Below the pieces are notes generated by a model, which saw nothing but the letters and a program-made list of their open reading frames with translations, searched no databases and was not told the origin of the DNA. DNA of 64,000 bases from Thermoplasmatales archaeon (GTDB lineage: Archaea > Thermoplasmatota > Thermoplasmata > Thermoplasmatales > Thermoplasmataceae), in assembly GCA_027310185.1 (NCBI GenBank), contig DAIDBH010000014.1, positions 160,001-224,000 of the forward strand, read 5' to 3'. Within the stretch, counting starts at the first letter, position 1; each line of letters opens with the position of its first letter. The position numbers and the translations under genes were made by a program. Positions 61,009-64,000 of this stretch are shown here, in pieces.

Positions 61009-62709
61009 TCATGAATAAACGAAGCCAATATCGGAATCTATGAGCACATTATCACCATCTTTGACATCATTGAGCACTATTGTACTGTATATGCACGTTT
61101 TCCCTGCTTTTTGAATTTTCTGTATTACCGATCTTACTGGATTTCCTGTTATTATGAAAGCTTCATAGGAACTGAAATCAAAATTATCTCCTGCAATTTG
61201 TTCGCAGCTTCCCATGTAGATACTTCCATTTCCACTGTTGATTCTTCCAGATACATTCTTTCCTGATGCATATCCTCTGGCAACAAGGATTCCAGCTGTG
61301 AGAACACTGACCTGGGCTGTACCTGCAAATAGGTGATCGGGATGACCGGAGATTACAACTATCCTCTCCCCCTTAAGGATCATCCCATCCCTAACCAGTG
61401 CATTTAGAACATCCTTTACAGAGATATCTTCTGTGAAATTTTCCATGACATATGGAAACACTCCACGGTAAAGATTGGTTCTGGATGCAACATATCTTGA
61501 AGGTGTTACGGATATTATTCCAGAGGATGGCCTCATTGATGATGCCATCCTGGCGGTGTTCCCGCCCCTTGTGCATGCTACAATATGATGTGCATTTATC
61601 TGGTCAGAAAGAATCTTTGTTGACCTTGCGACAGAAAACGTTACCCTGCTTCCCGTGAATTCCCTTGGCTCTTCAAAATTATGGTAAAATGACTCCACAT
61701 ATAGTGAAGTGTCTTTCAGCACTTTCACAGCTTCAAGTGGAAAAGAACCTATTGCTGTCTCTTCAGAGAGCATGAGTGCGTCAGTGTTGTCCAGGATGGC
61801 ATTTGTCACGTCTGAAATTTCTGCCCTGGTTGGTGAATCACTTGAAACCATGCTTTCAAGCATCTGGGTTGCTACTATTATTGGTATGCCATTTGAATGT
61901 GCCTTCTGCATTATGTACTTCTGGCTTACTGTTACCTCATGAACAGGCATCTCTACACCGAGATCGCCTCTTGCAACCATTATGGCATCAGTTGCCTTTA
62001 CTATGCCGTCTATGTTTTCCATGGCCTGCTTGGTTTCAATTTTGGCAATAAGATGGATGTTTCCCCCCATCTCTCCTATCATGTCATGAACCATGTCTAT
62101 TTCATCACGATTCTGGACGAATGAAAGTGCAATATATTCAACATTTTTTTCAACTGACATCTTCAGGTATTCCTTGTCCCTTTCCTGCAGTATACCCATG
62201 GGAATGTACCTTCCGGGAATGTTCATTCTTCCGTTGTTTTTCAATATGCCATCAACTGAAGAACTCAATTTGCAGATCCTTTCTCCTTCCCCTGTAACAG
62301 TAGTTCTTATCTTTCCATCCATGAATAGAACTTCATCACCCTTCTTCAGTGAGTTAACCACACCATCAACAGCTATGCAGATGTCAGCTTTTTCATCCTT
62401 CTGTCCCAGAGTATATTCCTTACCTGCTGTAATGGTAATTGTATCTCCCTTCAACAGGGCTCTCAACTCCGGCCCCTTAAGATCGACCATTATGCTCACA
62501 TACATCTTCCTCTCACTGGCCATCCTATCCCTGAAATCCACCAGATTCTGAAGTTCTTCCTTCGTACTGTGTGCAGTGTTCAGCCTGAAACATGTAACCC
62601 CAGATTCTACCATACTTTCCATTATATTTTCCTTGGAACATGCAGGACCATATGTGGCAACAATCTTGGTCTTAGGTCTCTTTGAAATGTCCATCTTCTG
62701 ATAATTCAT
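61009..62709 (-). CDS. pyk: Pyruvate kinase
   Basis: TKIVATYGP, RLNTAH, DLKGPELR, IAKIE, MVARGDLGVE, ATQMLESM, PTRAEISD, MLSEETA. Confidence 0.97.
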   Translation of the reverse strand: MNYQKMDISKRPKTKIVATYGPACSKENIMESMVESGVTCFRLNTAHSTKEELQNLVDFRDRMASERKMYVSIMVDLKGPELRALLKGDTITITAGKEYTLGQKDEKADICIAVDGVVNSLKKGDEVLFMDGKIRTTVTGEGERICKLSSSVDGILKNNGRMNIPGRYIPMGILQERDKEYLKMSVEKNVEYIALSFVQNRDEIDMVHDMIGEMGGNIHLIAKIETKQAMENIDGIVKATDAIMVARGDLGVEMPVHEVTVSQKYIMQKAHSNGIPIIVATQMLESMVSSDSPTRAEISDVTNAILDNTDALMLSEETAIGSFPLEAVKVLKDTSLYVESFYHNFEEPREFTGSRVTFSVARSTKILSDQINAHHIVACTRGGNTARMASSMRPSSGIISVTPSRYVASRTNLYRGVFPYVMENFTEDISVKDVLNALVRDGMILKGERIVVISGHPDHLFAGTAQVSVLTAGILVARGYASGKNVSGRINSGNGSIYMGSCEQIAGDNFDFSSYEAFIITGNPVRSVIQKIQKAGKTCIYSTIVLNDVKDGDNVLIDSDIGFVYS

Positions 62710-62828
62710 GGATTTAAAAGTGTATTATGGTATAATAAGAAAACTAATGATTCGTTGTGAAGACCTGTTCAGAATTGCATGAATAAACATTGACAAAAAT
62801 AAATAACTTTAGTTTTATCATGATCTGA

Positions 62829-63446
62829 ATGACGGAGAAATATCCCATAGAAGCAGTTATTGAAGTTGAAAGGGACGACTGCAAGATTACCCAGGCAATA
62901 ATGAAGATGAAAGGGGTAAAATCAGTAACGAGACTCAAGATAGAAGTTGATGAGACACTGCATCTGGTTGAGAAGGAGACATTTACGGATGAGGATATGA
63001 GAATCATCAATTCCCTTTCAAAAAAGGTTGCAAAAACCGGTCCCGGTAAGTTGTGGATATATGGAAAGAGCTGTTCGGCCTGCAAGGCGCTGGCACTGAG
63101 CGAGGCGGTCATGGTTTCCAGTAAATCAGTTGACTCGAGGAAGATCCTTTTCAGGATCCTGGTTGAGAACAGAGTTTCACTGAAAAAATTGATGAAACAA
63201 CTTGAAGCAGATCAGTTAAACCCAAAGATTGTTGAAGAACCGGATGAACAGAGGAATGAAATGTCAGATAGAGAACTGAGTGTGCTCAAGATGTGCTATG
63301 ATCTTGGTTACTTTGAGAATGACAGGGCATCATCACTGACAGAGATAGCGAAAGTACTGGGTGTTTCAACATCATCCCTATCAGAAACATTAAGGAGGGC
63401 GATGAAAAAAACAGTGAGGGATTATCTCACAAGAAAGAATCCCTGA
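62829..63446 (+). CDS. HTH-10 (bacterio-opsin activator type) transcriptional regulator
   Basis: C-terminal MSDRELSVL..CYDLGYFE..RASSLTEIAKVLGVSTSSLSETLRRAMKK; CSAC motif. Confidence 0.85.
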   Translation: MTEKYPIEAVIEVERDDCKITQAIMKMKGVKSVTRLKIEVDETLHLVEKETFTDEDMRIINSLSKKVAKTGPGKLWIYGKSCSACKALALSEAVMVSSKSVDSRKILFRILVENRVSLKKLMKQLEADQLNPKIVEEPDEQRNEMSDRELSVLKMCYDLGYFENDRASSLTEIAKVLGVSTSSLSETLRRAMKKTVRDYLTRKNP

Positions 63447-63563
63447 TATTTTTCCCTCTATTTTATTGCCTGTAACAATACCTGATTGAAATTCCTGGCT
63501 AATGATATTTATTTCAAAAATGAAGAATCAGGTAATGCCTGATTCCCTGGTTTAGAAAGTAAT

Positions 63564-64000
63564 TTAAAGATTCAGTGCCCTTATTTTCATGGCCTTTTTG
63601 TAAAGTGAAGAAAACTCCTTGAAGTTCAGTTGCTGTTCCTTATCGCTCATTGCCTCTTCCGGCCTTGGATGCGTTTCTACCATTAATCCATCTGCTCCGG
63701 CCGCCACCGCTGCCAGTGCAAGTGGTTCAACATATTCCCTTCTTCCTGCTGGATGACTTGGATCCACCACTATGGGGAATTTTACCTTTTTCCTGAGCAC
63801 AGGAATTGCCGAAATATCCAGGGTGAATCTGGTAGAAGTTTCGAACGTCCTGATACCCCTCTCAACGAGAATTATATCCTCGTTTCCACCAGCACTGAGA
63901 TATCTGGAAGCCTGATAGAATTCCTCAACAGTGTTTCCGAATCCCCTCTTCAGAAGGACGGGTTTCGATTGTTTCGCCACGTCCTTTAACAGGGAAAAAT
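63564..64000 (-). CDS. aroF: DAHP synthase (class I-beta), C-terminal part (runs off window end)
   Basis: KPVLLKRG, LVERGIRTFE..TRFTLD, IVVDPSH, ADGLMVETHP, SDKEQQL. Confidence 0.93.
   Translation of the reverse strand, partial: FSLLKDVAKQSKPVLLKRGFGNTVEEFYQASRYLSAGGNEDIILVERGIRTFETSTRFTLDISAIPVLRKKVKFPIVVDPSHPAGRREYVEPLALAAVAAGADGLMVETHPRPEEAMSDKEQQLNFKEFSSLYKKAMKIRALNL

Noticed and set aside
791-63989. Numerous short antisense or overlapping ORFs in the six-frame track (e.g. 9386-9886, 15851-16441, 23668-24096, 28189-28377, 50875-51357, 56335-56538)
   Set aside because: These are shadow frames of well-supported genes or motif-less intergenic ORFs.
1-64000. CRISPR array, cas genes or rRNA
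   Set aside because: No regularly spaced direct repeats, Cas motifs or rRNA-like sequence seen.

Overview
Chromosomal segment of an acidophilic Thermoplasmatales archaeon, possibly Cuniculiplasma-like. This is inferred from the tuf-rps10-fusA gene order, the TA0938- and PTO1314-family proteins, and GGTGA ribosome-binding sites. Most of the window is housekeeping or metabolic: EF-2, EF-1alpha, ribosomal proteins, rpoN, three tRNAs, cdc6, folC, pdxS, Rieske/cytochrome b, pyruvate kinase, glutamate decarboxylase and many MFS transporters. The outstanding feature is a 4.09 kb mobile element at 11735-15821, bounded by perfect 15-bp terminal inverted repeats and a 6-bp target-site duplication (CTGTTT). 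It looks like an IS1634-family element whose transposase centre has been replaced by cargo. The cargo is two tandem pairs of a secreted hydrophobic-hairpin protein and a small membrane protein, plus RelE-like and MFS pseudogene fragments. The two pairs look like archaeocin-type toxin/immunity modules, possibly matured at acid-labile Asp-Pro/Asp-Gly sites (inference). Other points of interest are an AlaX paralog lacking all zinc ligands, a Zn-finger/heme-oxygenase-like dimetal protein paired with a TA0938 protein, and an IS200/IS605 miniature remnant retaining a tnpB 3'-end (omegaRNA-like) sequence. All family assignments are from motif recognition; no database searches were run.
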